Notes under the pieces: model-generated | Told to the model about the DNA's origin: nothing | Database searches by the model: none | What the model saw: the letters and a program-made list of their open reading frames with translations, nothing else | Assembly: GCF_020745735.1 (NCBI RefSeq) | Contig: NC_083412.1 | Location: 58,680,320-58,744,319, forward strand | Length of the DNA stretch: 64,000 nt | Direction of reading: 5' to 3' | Origin: Hemiscyllium ocellatum | Lineage: Eukaryota | Shown here: in pieces, positions 48,891 through 61,760 of the stretch | Numbering within the stretch: position 1 is the first letter of the stretch | Layout: every line of letters begins with the position of its first letter | Position numbers and translations under genes: made by a program

Positions 48891-50204
48891 CCTATAATAG
48901 CTGGCAATTCAGGTTTTTGAGTGCCATGCAGTGACGCTAAATTAAAAGTAATTGCAAATATGTAAGTAACTCTCAATGTGAAAACACATGTTTATCATTG
49001 CTGCTTATCTGTGATTATAATAGTCGACTACCTACAATTGTCATTCCGGATAAACTGAATTATCCAATAGATGGTGTTACAAGTTAAATAATATTAATTG
49101 TTTAAACACCAGAATAATGAGAACATCAAAAAATTTCTGAGCACTGAATATGTAGTATATTATAATTAAGCTAATAACATATCTTAAAGTATTGCTGGAT
49201 ATATTTTTGAAAATGTTAACAAACTTGCAATCCTGATGTATATTAGACCTCAAAAAGGCTGTTGCCATCCAGATCAACTTGTATAAAATGGTGCTCATGT
49301 TGGAATGATTGAGACCGTTACAGCCCAACAAGTACAGTTGACATGAATCTAAACTTCATGTTTATGCCAAAAATTTGAATTACTCAACAATCATCTCTGT
49401 AAAGTATTTTACATAATGGAAACAACTTAGCTTCATACGAAATACAGCATTTTTGCTGAATTTTCTGCCAAATGGCATCATTGCCAAAAGATCTGTCACT
49501 TGTATGGAATATAGTACATATTAAAACAGCAACATTTTTTGAACTCCACCATTAACTCCCCAGGTTTTCATTTCTCCAAGTATATGTGAGAGGTTATCAT
49601 CAAAGTTATTATTGGCCTTTGTACACTGAGAAGCTTGATTGCTTGTGAAAGAGTTATGCTGTAGAATACAACGGCAATGCTCTGTCCTCAGCAAGATAAT
49701 AGAGAAATACAATTGAACTTCATGTTTGGCTGGCCTTACATAATCAAGTGACATCCACTGTGGTTGTAAACGCCTCTGTGTGCAGTCCGTGGCAGCCAGT
49801 AAACACACATCACTTGGACTAGTGTCAGGAATGGGGCAGCTGTAACTGTGAGGATTTTCAGAACTGGTGCAGAGCCCATACCTGGGAAAAATACAACAAG
49901 GAACATCCAGCTGAAAATGGATGAATTTTCTGAGGTGCAGGAGAGCCAACTATTGAAAGAATCAGGAAGAAGCAGTTAAAAACGAACAGCCATCTGGAAA
50001 TGTAAATTATTGAGAGAGTCAAAATGGCTGTGTATTTTCCATTTCCTGCTTGAGTGGAATTGAAAAGAGATGTGAATAAAAATTAGATTTTTTTTCATCC
50101 TGTGGCAAAGTTATAAAATAGCCACAGGATTCTTTCTAAAAACAAACTTGAGCAAATTTGAATAGAAAACTTTTAGTGCTGAGAAAAGGATTATTTTTAT
50201 TCAT

Positions 50205-50460
50205 TCATAGGATGATGGCATTGCTGGCTGGGCTAGCATTTATTGCCTATCCCTAATTGTTCAGATGGCAGTTAAAAGTCAATGACATTGAAGTCACATG
50301 TAGGCCAGACCAGGTAAGGATGGTAGTTTCCACCCCTAAGGGATATTAATGAACCAGTGTCTTTTTCCAAAAATCAGCAATGGATTTATGGTCATCATTA
50401 GACTCTTAAGTTCAGATTTTTGAAGTCTGGAAAACTGAATTTTATTTCACTATCTACCTC
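50205..50460 (-). mobile_element. DeuSINE lacking its head
   Basis: Reverse complement of the 12940 copy (gtcacatgtaggccagaccaggtaaggatgg). Confidence 0.75.
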
Positions 50461-50653
50461 CAGGTGCTCCGGTTTCCTCCTACAGTCCAAAGATGTGCAG
50501 GCTAGGTGAATTGGCCATGCTAAATTGCCCGTAGTGTTGGGTAAAGAGGTAAATGTAGGGGAATGGGTCTGGGTGGGTTGCGCTTCGGCGGGTCAGTGTG
50601 GACTTGTTGGGCCGAAGGGCCTGTTTCCACACTGTAAGTAATCTAATCTAATC
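50461..50653 (+). mobile_element. HE1 SINE 3' half
   Basis: Starts at gtgctccggtttcctcc, runs to (TAATC)n tail. Confidence 0.9.
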
Positions 50654-50689
50654 ACAGCAGGTCCCCAGAAAATTACCTTGATCGCTGGA

Positions 50690-51915
50690 TCAACAGTCTA
50701 GTGATAAGGAGAGAGAAGATTAAATATGAGGGTAAGCTAGCCAGTAATATAAAGGAAATTTCTTGAGATATATAAAGGACAAAAGAGAGGCATAGTGGAC
50801 ATTGGGTTGCTGGAAACTGACGCTGGAGAGATAGTAGTGGGGAACAAGGAAATGACTGAGGAGCTAAATAATTACTATGCATCAGTCTTCATGGTAGAAG
50901 ACATGAGTAATATCCCAAAGGTTCAGGAGGGTGAGGGGGGCAGAGCTGAGTATAGTGGCCATCACCAAGGAGAAGGTGCTGGAAAAGCTGAATGGCCTGA
51001 AGATGGATAAATCACCCGCACCAGATGGACTACAGCCCAGAGTTCTAAGGGAGATAGCTGAAGAGATAACAGAGGCGATAGTGCTGATCTTTCAGCAATC
51101 GCTAGAATCAGGAAGTGTCCCAGATGACTAGAAAATCGCTAATGTGACACTCCTGTTTAAAAAGGGAATAAGGCAAAAGATGGAAAATTACAAACCGAGT
51201 AGCCTAACCTCAGTTGTATGTAAGATCCTGGAATCCATTGTGAAGGATGAGATTTCTGAATACTTGGAAGTGGATGGTAAAATAGGGCAAAGTCCGTACG
51301 ATTTCATCAAGGGGAGGTCAAGCCTGATAAATCTTCTGGAATTCTTTAAGGAAATAATGAGCAGATTAGACCAAGGAGAGCCAATGGATGTCATCTACCT
51401 GGGCTTCAAGAAGGCCTTTGACAAGGTGTTGCACAGGAGGCTACTGAGTAAGATAAGGGTCCATGGGATTGGAAGTAAGGTCCTAGCATGAATAGAAACT
51501 TGGCTGTCTGACAGAAAGCAGAGAGTGCAGATAAAAGTGTCTTTCTCAGGACAGCAGCCAGTGATAAATGTTGTTCCGAAAGGCTCAGTGTTGGGACCAC
51601 AACTTTCACTTTATACATTAATGATGTAGATGAAGGAACTGAGGGCATTCTAGCCAGGTTTGCAGATAATACAAAGATAGTTAGAAGGACAGATAGCTTA
51701 GAGGAGGTGTGAAGGCTGCAGAAGGATTTGGACATGTTAGGAGAGTGGGCAAAGAAGTGGCAGATGGAATACAATACGTGAAAATATGAGGCCATGCACT
51801 TTGGATAGGGAGAATAGAGGCATGGGCTATTTTCTAAATGGGGAGAAAATTCAGAAGCCTGACATGTAAAGAGACTTGCGAGTTCTAGTCCAGGATTCTC
51901 TCAAGGTAAACTTGC
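50690..51915 (+). mobile_element. CR1 LINE ORF2 (RT) fragment, pseudogenised
   Basis: EELNNYYASVF, KSPAPDG, FKKAFDKV, LSDRKQRV, PKGSVLGP, FADNTK; several stops. Confidence 0.93.
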
Positions 51916-52640
51916 GGGTATGATCCATAATATTCCAGATGGGCAATGAATGATAATGGGAGTAGACCTCTTCACCCTCACAGGAGCTTATCACCATCAA
52001 CTGCTATTTTGATTATTAGGAGTTAGATGAGTTGATGTCAATGACTGACAGCGAGATTATAGAATCATAATCCAATCATTACTGCATTTGAATCATAGTG
52101 ATAGTGGTCCTCAATTCACACATGAAGGAATCAACTACTTCATACATGACTGGGAAATTCAATACATCATCTTCACACTGATCACAATCAAATTGAAACG
52201 CTGTGGGGGCAAAGAAAATTGCCGAAGGGATCATAAAGAAATTGAGAAAATCTAGCTCAGACAAGGCAATTCGTGAGTGGAGAAAGACACTTACCAAAGG
52301 CACAAGTAATTATTGTCCAATCCAAATTCCAATGCAATGCTAATCTCAAACTATGAGAAAGTGAGGACTGCAGATGCTGGAGATCAGAGCTGAAAATGTG
52401 TTGCTGGAAAAGCGCAGGTCAGGCATCATCCAAGGAACAGGAGAATTGACATTTCGGGCATAAGCCCTTTTTCAAACTATTCCTCCAATAGTGAAAACAC
52501 TACTGCAGTGAGAAATAGTAACAGGCATGGATGACAGAATCAAGGTGAAACCACAAAAGTAAATGCTTCACTTTGATAAAACTGCCAAATGATTGTCAGA
52601 GTTGAGCACTGACGATCCAGTCAGGGTGCTCTCAACAAGC
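51915..52640 (+). mobile_element. Gypsy-like LTR retrotransposon integrase remnant, interrupted by a PLE
   Basis: GVDLFTL, SDSGPQFT, GIIKK, KAIREWR.T.T, FDKTAK motifs in broken frames. Confidence 0.75.
52355..52471 (-). mobile_element. Solo Penelope family C terminus
   Basis: 9 bp TSD tcaaactat 52346-52354 and 52472-52480; boundary inside the hammerhead. Confidence 0.88.
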
Positions 52641-53469
52641 ATCAGCCTAATGTGGTAACTTGGGAACATGTGATCAAGTTGCTACCTCACTTATGTGTGA
52701 TGAATGTGAATGAACAGGTGTACGTGCATTTTATTTGTTTTTCTTGTGAAAAAGGATCTCACTCCTCCCTATCTCTAATCTCTTCCAGACTGTCAATGCT
52801 CCCAGATACCTACACTCCCTTGGTGAAAGTATTGCAATAACGCTTAAAACATACAAAGGGTTGGGTTGGCTTGACATATGAACTCCCTTCTCCAACTTTT
52901 GAGGGTTTCAAATTCACATATTGACCAATTATCCCTAAGGGTCTTTGATTAGCTCATGACTGGAAACTATTTTAATCTGAGTTCTATAGACTTAATGCAT
53001 TCATCCAATTGAATAATTCGGATGATTGCCATTGATACCTTATTGATAGGACAGGAGATGAAGGACTCTAATGGCACAGTGATAGTATCCCTACTTCTGG
53101 CCTGACTCAAATCCCACCTATCTGAGACATGACACAATAGTGTGTGCACAGGTGATTAAAAATATCTGGGGCAGGGGATGCAGGTCTTCAAATCTCCTTG
53201 AAGTCTTTAAGATTTGGTTTTGTCAAGCTACAATTGTGATTCCAATGTTATTTCAAACTCTTATTAAAAAGTTTGTTTTTAAAAGTTTAATACAGATTTC
53301 CAGCTAAGCATTTCAAAGTTATAATCATTATTTAACATAAAATACGTTCACTGGGAAAGAGGATATTGCACATATGGCACTAACAATGAAGGTAGTGGTA
53401 ATATTGGATAGGTTATCAACAGCTAAAAATGAAATAGTTAATAGGAAACTACTACATATAAATCATTTA

Positions 53470-54108
53470 CAAGAACTTGTTGATGGAAAATTATGTTTGG
53501 CTGATTTGATTGAGATTTTTGAAGCTTGAGGAGGCTTGCATAGTTGATATGCTTACAATATAGATTTTTGAAAGGGGTTATCAAAGAATGTCGTAATAGT
53601 CTTATTAGCAAAACTAAAATGCATGTGACTCAAGGGGCAGTGGTTGTAAGTATGTAGTATTGTCTAATAGATAGAAACTATGGAGTGTTTGAAGAAATTG
53701 AGATCAAAGCTGAGAGAGTTCAATTTTGTGGAGAGATTAAAGTTTTCCTTAAAAGGAAGGTTAAGAGGAGATTTAATAGAAGTGGTCAAATCAATAATCA
53801 TTTTGATAGAATAAATAGTGAGAAATTAGTTTTAATATCAGAAGGATAAGTAACCAGCCAACATAAATTTAAGGTAATGGGTAACAGAATGGAGCATACT
53901 TTTTAGACAGCAAGCTGATAAGATCTGCAATGCACTGTCTGAACAGGTAGTGAAAACAAGTTTAATAACATTCAAAAGGGAATTGAATACTTGATGGAAA
54001 AAAAAATTACAGGGCTCTGGAGAATGAGCAAAGTACAAAAGCTTTACAAGCTAACTACATGTATGACACACTGAGTGGCCTCCTTCTTGCTGTATCATTT
54101 TATGATTA
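53470..54108 (+). mobile_element. Old CR1 LINE fragment
   Basis: ttgattgagtttttt-like RT motif, aggttaagaggagatttaatagaagt, 3' end tggcctccttct..gctgtat. Confidence 0.65.
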
Positions 54109-55417
54109 CAAATACCTTGTGCCTGTTATACCATGTTAATTACAATTCATCTGTAATTCTGTAATGAGGGTGGATGTGTCTTGTGCATGTTAGATGTGTT
54201 ATCACAAACTAACCTGATCTCCAGGGCAACACACCGGCCGCTTCCTGCTTTCTCCTTGGCTTCAAGCCTCTTTCATATTTATTTTGTTTTGCTGCCATGT
54301 TTGTGCTCTTTTCAGTGATAGGGAGCAGGAGCAGTCGCATCAGCTGGGCATTTGCTCTGAGAATAGATTGCGCTTCACTGCCTGTCTATCCTCCAGGGAC
54401 TATGTTTCTCAGCTATAACTTCCTCCCTATCAGTTTAAATGGTTTTCAGATCTATACCCTTCTGGGTCTGTGAGGAATACCACAGGAAATTGATCAGCAC
54501 AGTTTAACAATTATTTATTGAGCAACTCTGCAGCCATATTACACCTGCTATTGTAAGCAAAACGGAATTCAAGCTGAGTTGCCAGTGTAAATTTTGTTTG
54601 ACAAGATTTACCAGTGGATTCAAAGCTTTCACATGTGGATAGCAGTAGCAAGGTTTGCACTGTAATCCTAGAAAATTACACTCTTACGAATTTTAAATAC
54701 CAACACAGAATTGCACATGCCATAAACATACTCGAAAGCCAGAGAATTAATACAGAACTACAATACCAAGAAAGTTGGCTCCGAAGAATAAACAAAGATG
54801 CTCGCAGATGTCATAAGGGATCTAATGTTAGAGTTAAATACAGTTTATAACAATCAAAGCAGGAGAGACTTGGTTTCAAATCAGTGAGAAACAAATTTGC
54901 TTTTAACTTGCCAACAGTATCAGTAAAATAGGTTAAAATTCATTTTGGAAATTAAACTTAAATCTTTTTATCCTATATAATTTTCATTTCTTTTTGATTC
55001 TTTGATTCTTTTTTGTGGATCATTAAATAGGGCATTCAACTTACGGCACCTACACTTTTAAATAATGTCAACATTGAGCATTCAAACTTCATGTTATGCC
55101 TAAATTGTGCCCAAGTTTTTGCTCAAATGACCTTTAGTTATCCAATCATTATAAAATATTTCAGTCAAATACAGAATTCAGTCAGAAATGAGACTGAATC
55201 TTGTGCTTTACAAGCTCTGTTTATTGTACCAAGTATTAAGGGGACTAATGATACTTGCAGGATCCATGCTGTGTGGTATTCACAGCACAAAATAATCTCT
55301 GGCCACTTTTATTCATTTGAACCTTCTACACAACTTGATTTCTCTCACAGTTCAGTGAAGAAACTAGTTGATTTCTCCAAATATATGAGAATGCTGTTCA
55401 CCAAATACATAGAAACA

Positions 55418-56280
55418 AGACACGAAGGTTGGTGGAGTTGTGGATCGTGTTGAAAGATGTTACAGGTTACATAGGGACATAAATAGGCAGCAGAAATGGG
55501 CTGAGAGGTGGCAAATGGAGTTTAATGCAGAAAAGTGTGAGGTGATTCATTTTGGAAGGAGCAACAGGAATAAAGAGTACTGGGCTAATGGTAGTGTAGA
55601 TGAGCAGAGATCTCGGTGTCCATATGACATATGGTGTACATAGATCACTACAAGTTGCCACCCAGGTTGATAGGGTTGTTAAGAAGGCGTACAGTGTGAT
55701 AGCTTTTATTGGTAGAGGCATAGAGTATCGGAACCATAAGGTCATGCTGCAGCTATACAAAGCTGTCGCACTTGAGAGTATTGCTTACAGTTCTGGTCAC
55801 TGCATTATAGGAAGGATGTGGAAGCTTTGGAAAGGGTGCAGAGGAGATTTACTAGGATGCTGCCTAGTTTGGAGAGAGGAAAGGCTGAAGAACTTGTGGT
55901 TATTTTTGTTAGAGAGAAAAAGGTTGAGAGGTGACTTAATTGAGACACAAGAGACAATCAGAAGGTTAGATAGGTGGACAATGAGAGCCTTTTTCCTCGG
56001 ATGGTGATGGCTTGCACGAGGGGACATAGCTTTAAATTGAGGGGTGATAGATATGGGACAGATGTCAGAGGTAGTTTCTTTACTCAGTAAGTAGTAGGGA
56101 GAAGGAACATACTGCCTGCAACAGTAGTAGACTTGCCAAATTTAAGGGCATTTAAATGGTCATGGGATAGGCATATCGATGAAAATGGAGTTGTGTAGGA
56201 TAGATAGACTTCAGATTGGTTCCATGTGTTGGCGCAATGGCTGAATGGCCTGTACTGCGCTGTAATATTCTAAGGCTTGA
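55418..56280 (+). mobile_element. CR1 LINE 3' fragment
   Basis: KWAERWQMEFNAEKCEVIHFGRSN; QVDRVVKKAY. Confidence 0.92.
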
Positions 56281-57011
56281 ATTCTAATGTGGCTCAGGCG
56301 GTAGGTCTGAAGCCATTATTGCACCTTTGCACGCATATTATTTCTCTAATTAATATTTTTGACAATTTATAAACTTTTATTTGGACCATTATCTTCAACA
56401 AATAACACAAATCTTTGCAATGACATATTGCTACCTATCTGGGCTATAGACATGTGAAAGAAGATGGTCACGTCATGATCATCAATAATCGTCCCACTAT
56501 ACTTATGGTGAATGGTCAAAAACAGTTTCTAGCAACATTGTTATGAATGAACTGTAAATATTGCAATTGTTAATATAGCAGTCAAAATAGATTTACCCAT
56601 ATTATAGAATCAGGTTGAGACAACGATAAAACATATGGACATACTAATGGAGTACCAAGCACGAAAGCACTGGCAAAAGAAAGTAAAATAATTTGATGTA
56701 AATATCTCCACTGTTGTTGCACACCTTTACCCCTGCTTCAATGAGCCAGGTAGCTTTCCGAACCACGTAGATACCCCATTAATACCCACATCACCTATAT
56801 TTTCAAAAAACTGTTAATGGATCCAGTAATTAGAGGAAAGTATTGAAATACCTTCATTATGTAAGGCTGGCATTAATCATCTATTACATTAATTACTCCA
56901 GAAGGAAGCATGGACTACATAGTTAGAAAAGATACATATAGGTCTTTTGACCATTTTGTTGCAGTGGGATCTTAATTGCTATGTCTTACATTAAAAAGTT
57001 ACCTGCAATAA

Positions 57012-58261
57012 TGTGAGATCTGCAGTTTTATGAGTAAACAGCTACAAGCTTTATTGGACTTACTTTTATAGAGAGGACAGCAAGCTTTACTTGGATCCCT
57101 GTATTGTCAGTATTCAGAACACAGGTCCCTTTAATGGTCTACATAGACAGCTCCAGAATAGGTTGAGATCGGGTGATGCTCATTGGAGTTTGGGAACTAG
57201 GGTGTATTATATACTCCTCCAACACAGATTTTATTTAGACTCCCCAAGGGTGAGCGTGAGGGTGAGGGGATTATTTTCACCCTGTGATTTGTAATATGTA
57301 AATGTTTGCTGTAGCTGCAGTGATTTCTTTTAAAACCGTTTGTGAGAGACAGTCTTCAGAATCAATTGTTTTTTGTGCATATTAGCGGTGTTTACAACAC
57401 AGCAAAGAGAACAATGGTGCATCAAGATCTGGTAGAAATTTCTGGACTTGCCTTTTTAAGCTTAGGGAAAACACCCAGAGCTTAAAGAGAAGAACCTTTC
57501 AGTTTTGTGTATTTCAGCAGAAGTCCTTAATGAAGATGACTGTATACAGCAATTGCTCCTGAGAAGTGAGAAGATAACAAATATAGGTTACCTTAGAGAA
57601 GGAAGTTTAGTGACAGTTCCAAAAGTATTCGGATAAAACACTTAAGGTCTTTTGAAGCAGACTATGTTTGAATATGGATGCATGATACCTGTGTTAACAT
57701 TATCCTGAAGCTACGTCTATCAAAGTATTATGAAATTATATTTTCATTGGTCTGATTATCGTACAAGGCATCCTTCTGAGTATTGCATGAAAGATGTTTT
57801 TAAGATTTGTATTGGAGTACTTTTAGGATCTGTAAAGGATTGTTGTTAAGATTACTGAGATTATATTTCACCCACGTGCTTAAAATCTTCTGATTTTGCT
57901 ATATGTAAATAGATTGGTTTATTTTGTCTGATTGTCAGTTCTTTAGCTTAGTAAACTTTAATTTTATTGTTAAAACCAAAACTGCTATATTGCTGTGTGC
58001 TTAGTTTTCATTGAGTGATCAACTTATTAAAAACTTCCTAATGAAGGGCTCTGGCCCGAAACGTCGAATTTCCTGTTCCTTGGATGCTGCCTAACCTGCT
58101 GTGCTTTAACCAGCAACACATTTTCATCTCTGATCTCCAGCATCTGCAGACCTCACATTTTACTCGAACTTATTAAAAACAAAACAAAGTATCATCTATC
58201 AAGTTAGATTTCTGACTGGGATTTAACTTTTCCAATAATAAAAGCAAATGGAATCATAACA
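57012..58261. mobile_element. Possible LTR or LTR-like repeat (TG..CA), with nested PLE
   Basis: Begins TGTGAGATC, ends ATCATAACA; no TSD or PPT confirmed. Confidence 0.3.
58035..58166 (+). mobile_element. Solo Penelope family A-like terminus starting at the hammerhead (core mutated to CTAATGA)
   Basis: 14 bp TSD aacttattaaaaac 58021-58034 and 58167-58180. Confidence 0.92.
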
Positions 58262-58479
58262 GGTGATTGGGTTACCTGATAATGAAAAATGAGTTAGTTA
58301 ATTTCCTTTACAATTGTAGCCCAAGATCATTTGTGGACTCTCTGGCAGGTATGTTTTCTGTAGTGCTGTGGAATCCATGGACCACATCTTTAATCAGCAG
58401 CATCCATCATTTACAGATGCTTTGTAGAAATACACCAAGGCTCCTTAGACATCAACTTCCAATCCCCTAACCAGGACCT

Positions 58480-58760
58480 TCTAAAAGAACAAGGGCAGCA
58501 CATACACAGGAACAACACCACTTGCAAGTTGCCATCCAAGCAACTCACCATCATAACATGGAAAATATATCAGTGCTCTTCCGTTGTGGGCTGGGACAAA
58601 TGTGTGGACTCCCTTCTAACAGCACTGTCAGTCTACCACAGCAAATGAACATGGTTCAATAAGGCAGCTCACTGCCACCTTCTCAAGGGCGACCAGGGAT
58701 GAATAATAAATACTGACACAGTCAGTTCTGCTCACAAGCCATCAATGATTTTTTTTTAAT
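58480..58760 (+). mobile_element. CR1/L2-superfamily LINE 3' end
   Basis: aaggcagctcactgccaccttctcaagggc..ggatgaataataaatact; tail shared with the DeuSINE. Confidence 0.7.
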
Positions 58761-59389
58761 GGTTGTGGAGGTTGTATCTCCCAGTTAGTTATTTAACAAA
58801 CCTTTTGGTTTCTTTACAATGCACTTCAGCCCCACTCCCCTGATCTTTGGCACAGGGGATACAGGCAAGTCCGAGGGCTGCCTTATAGGACTATTTCTGG
58901 GTCTAGCCAAGATGGCTAACCCTATTTTTATTTAGCTAAGTTTATTTTTTTTTACTGTTTAACAGTACAATGCACCTAGTGGGAAGTTTTAGTTTTAATT
59001 TAATTTATAATAATGAGCTGTATTATTCACCAGTGGGGAATTGGCTTCTGAATAGAGAAAGGGATAACTGCTGTCATCTTAATCTATAGATTTATAACAA
59101 AACCCTTGTAAATTTCTGAAAGTGTTTTGCTGCTGACTTCGACATAGTGATGTCAATGTGTTAAATGCTACAGTTCCAGGCTCCTATTCCATGTGATCTG
59201 GCATCACCAATGACATCATTCCTTTTCTTCTTATTCAGTAAGTTTATCCAGAGTAAAGGTACAACACCCATTACTTTGAATAAGAGCCAAAAGCAAACCT
59301 TTGTCAAAATATGGGATAATTATGCTATCTTTGTTCCTGTGACAGTTTAAAAGTTCATTATTTCCTTTTGGTTAACTCATAGTTCCATT

Positions 59390-59900
59390 TCATTACAGAG
59401 ACATCACAATGAAGAAACAGGCCATTCAGTCCAACTGCAGAGGCTGCTACTTTGACTACATGAGCTTTCTCCCAACCTACAATGTCTAATATATCTCTAT
59501 TTCAAATACTTATTTTTCCCTTAAATGCATGTATGATATTCACCTCAATTACTCTGTATCGTAGTGACATCTGCATTCTAATTGGGCCCAAAGTAAGGAC
59601 ATTTCTGATGAATTATTTTTTTGGATTTATTGGTGATAATATTTTCTAAATGACATTTGGAATTTGACTTTTTTTCTCCACAGCTCAAGCAGATAACATA
59701 AGGCTCCTATACTTAAACCTCTAAAGTCTAGAGAAAAGAGTCCAAGGTTATTCAGTCTTACACATATCAAAAGTATGCTTAGGGATGAGCATGAAGCAGG
59801 ATGTAATAACCAGACTGTTTTTTGAACTGTATTCCTTATAAACTGGGCTGGAAAAGATGACTTCATTGGAACAAATCTCACTTCACACTGAATGACATGT
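59390..59900 (-). mobile_element. Old CR1 3' fragment
   Basis: acaggccattcagtcc tail and degenerate body. Confidence 0.55.
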
Positions 59901-60199
59901 TACTTACATCACTTCCTAAGATGTAATCATCTATCCTTTTATCATCTATCTATTATATAAGGCTGTAGCCTTATATAATACTTGCTCTCAAGTAGTCATT
60001 CTGTTCCTGAATGTTTACTTTTACCCATTAATAACATGTCTATATTTTTCTATAAGTAACCTGTGTCCCACTCCCTTGCTAATCAAGTTTCTCATGCTGT
60101 CCCTGGATTAGAGTGATATCTCCGTTGCAATGGTTTGGTCAACTTCCCCGATTGTGTTCTTAGATCTGTCAGATGAGATACTGATTTACTGTCATCCTG

Positions 60200-61760
60200 C
60201 AGAGGAACACTTGGAGGTGCATGGTAAAATAAAGTAGAGTCAGCACGGCTCAATCAAGTGGAGAACATGTCTGACAAATCCGTTCGAATTCTTTGAGGAG
60301 GTAATGAGCAAATGTTAGATAAAGGAGAGCCAGTGGATGTGATCTCTTTGGATTTCCAGAAGGCCTTTGCTGTGCAGGACGCTACAAAATAAGAGCCTAT
60401 GGTGTGAAGGGCAAGGTACTGGCATGGATAGAGAATCCATCGATTGGCAGAAGGCAGAAAGTAAGCCATAGGGATCTTTCTCAGGTGGGAAACTGGTGAC
60501 TAGTGGAGTTCTGCAGAGGTCTGTGCTGGGACCATAACTATTCACATTATACATTAATGATCTGTACAAAGGAACTGAGGGCATTCTTGCTAAGTTTGCA
60601 GATGACAGAAAGATAGGTAGAGGGATGGGTAGTGCTGAGGATCCAGGGAGGCTGCAGAAGGTCTTGGACAGGCTAAGACAGTGGGCAAAGAAGTGACAAA
60701 TGGAATATAATGTGGGAAAGTATGAGGTTATGCATTCTCATAGGAAGAATAGAGGCATAGGCTATTTTCTAAAGGGGAAAGACTTCAGAAATTGGAAGCT
60801 TAAGGTATAGGGGTCCTGGTTCAGGATTCTCTTAAGGTTAACATGTAGGTTCAGTTGGCAGTTAGGAAGGCAAATGTAAGGTTTGCATTCATTTCGAGAG
60901 GGCTAGAATATAGCCTGTGGGCGGCATGGTGGCACAGTGGTTAGCACTGCTGCCTCACAGCGCCAGAGACCCGGGTTCAATTCCTGACTCAGGTGACTAA
61001 CTGTGTGGAGTTTGCACTTTCTCCCCGGGTCTGCGTGGGTTTCCTCCAGGTACTTCGGTTTCCTCCCACAGTTGAAAGATGTGCAGGTCAGGTGAACTGG
61101 CCATGCTAAATTGTCCGTATTGTTAGATAAGGGGTAAATGTAGGAGTATGGTGGGTTGCGCTTCGGCGGGTCGGTGTGGACTTGGGCTGAAGGGCCTGTT
61201 TCCACACTGTAAGTAATCTAATATGAGCAGAGATGTACTTATGAGTCTGTATAAGGTTCTGGTCAGACTGCATTTGGAATATTGCGAGCAGTTTTGGGCC
61301 CCAATTCTAAGAAAAGATGTGCTGGCATTGAAGGAGGTTTATGAGAATGATTCATGGGATGAAGAGCTTGTCATAGGAGGAATGGTCTGTATTCAATGGA
61401 GTTTAGAAGGATGAGGGGGAATCTGTTTGAAATTTAGAGAATACTAGATAGAATGACATGAAGATGATGTTTCCACTAACAAGAGAGACTAGGACCCAAA
61501 GAGACAGCCTCAGAGTGAATGGACAACCCTTTAGAGTTGAGGTGAAAAGAAATTTCTTCAACCAGAGGGTGGTGAATCTGTGGAAACCAAGTCATTAAAT
61601 ATATTTAAGACAGAGATAGACAAGTTCTTGATTAGTAAGGAGGTCAAGGGTTATGGGGAGAAGGCAGGACAATGGAGTTTAGAAACATGATTAATGAATG
61701 GCTGAGCAAATCCAATGGGCCAAATGGCCTATTCTGCTCTTATATCTTTTGGTCTTATGG
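60200..61760 (+). mobile_element. CR1 LINE RT/3' fragment interrupted by HE1
   Basis: DFQKAF, FADDRK, EYCEQFWAP; reading ..GLEY|SRDVL.. continues across the SINE. Confidence 0.9.
60919..61222 (+). mobile_element. HE1 SINE nested in CR1
   Basis: A/B boxes, V-domain, tail. Confidence 0.93.

Noticed and set aside
15204-61205. Recurrent ORFs such as NTTGNLAWPIHLTRTSLDCGRKPEHPEETHADTGRTCKLHTV
   Set aside because: Translations of HE1 SINE copies, not a gene family
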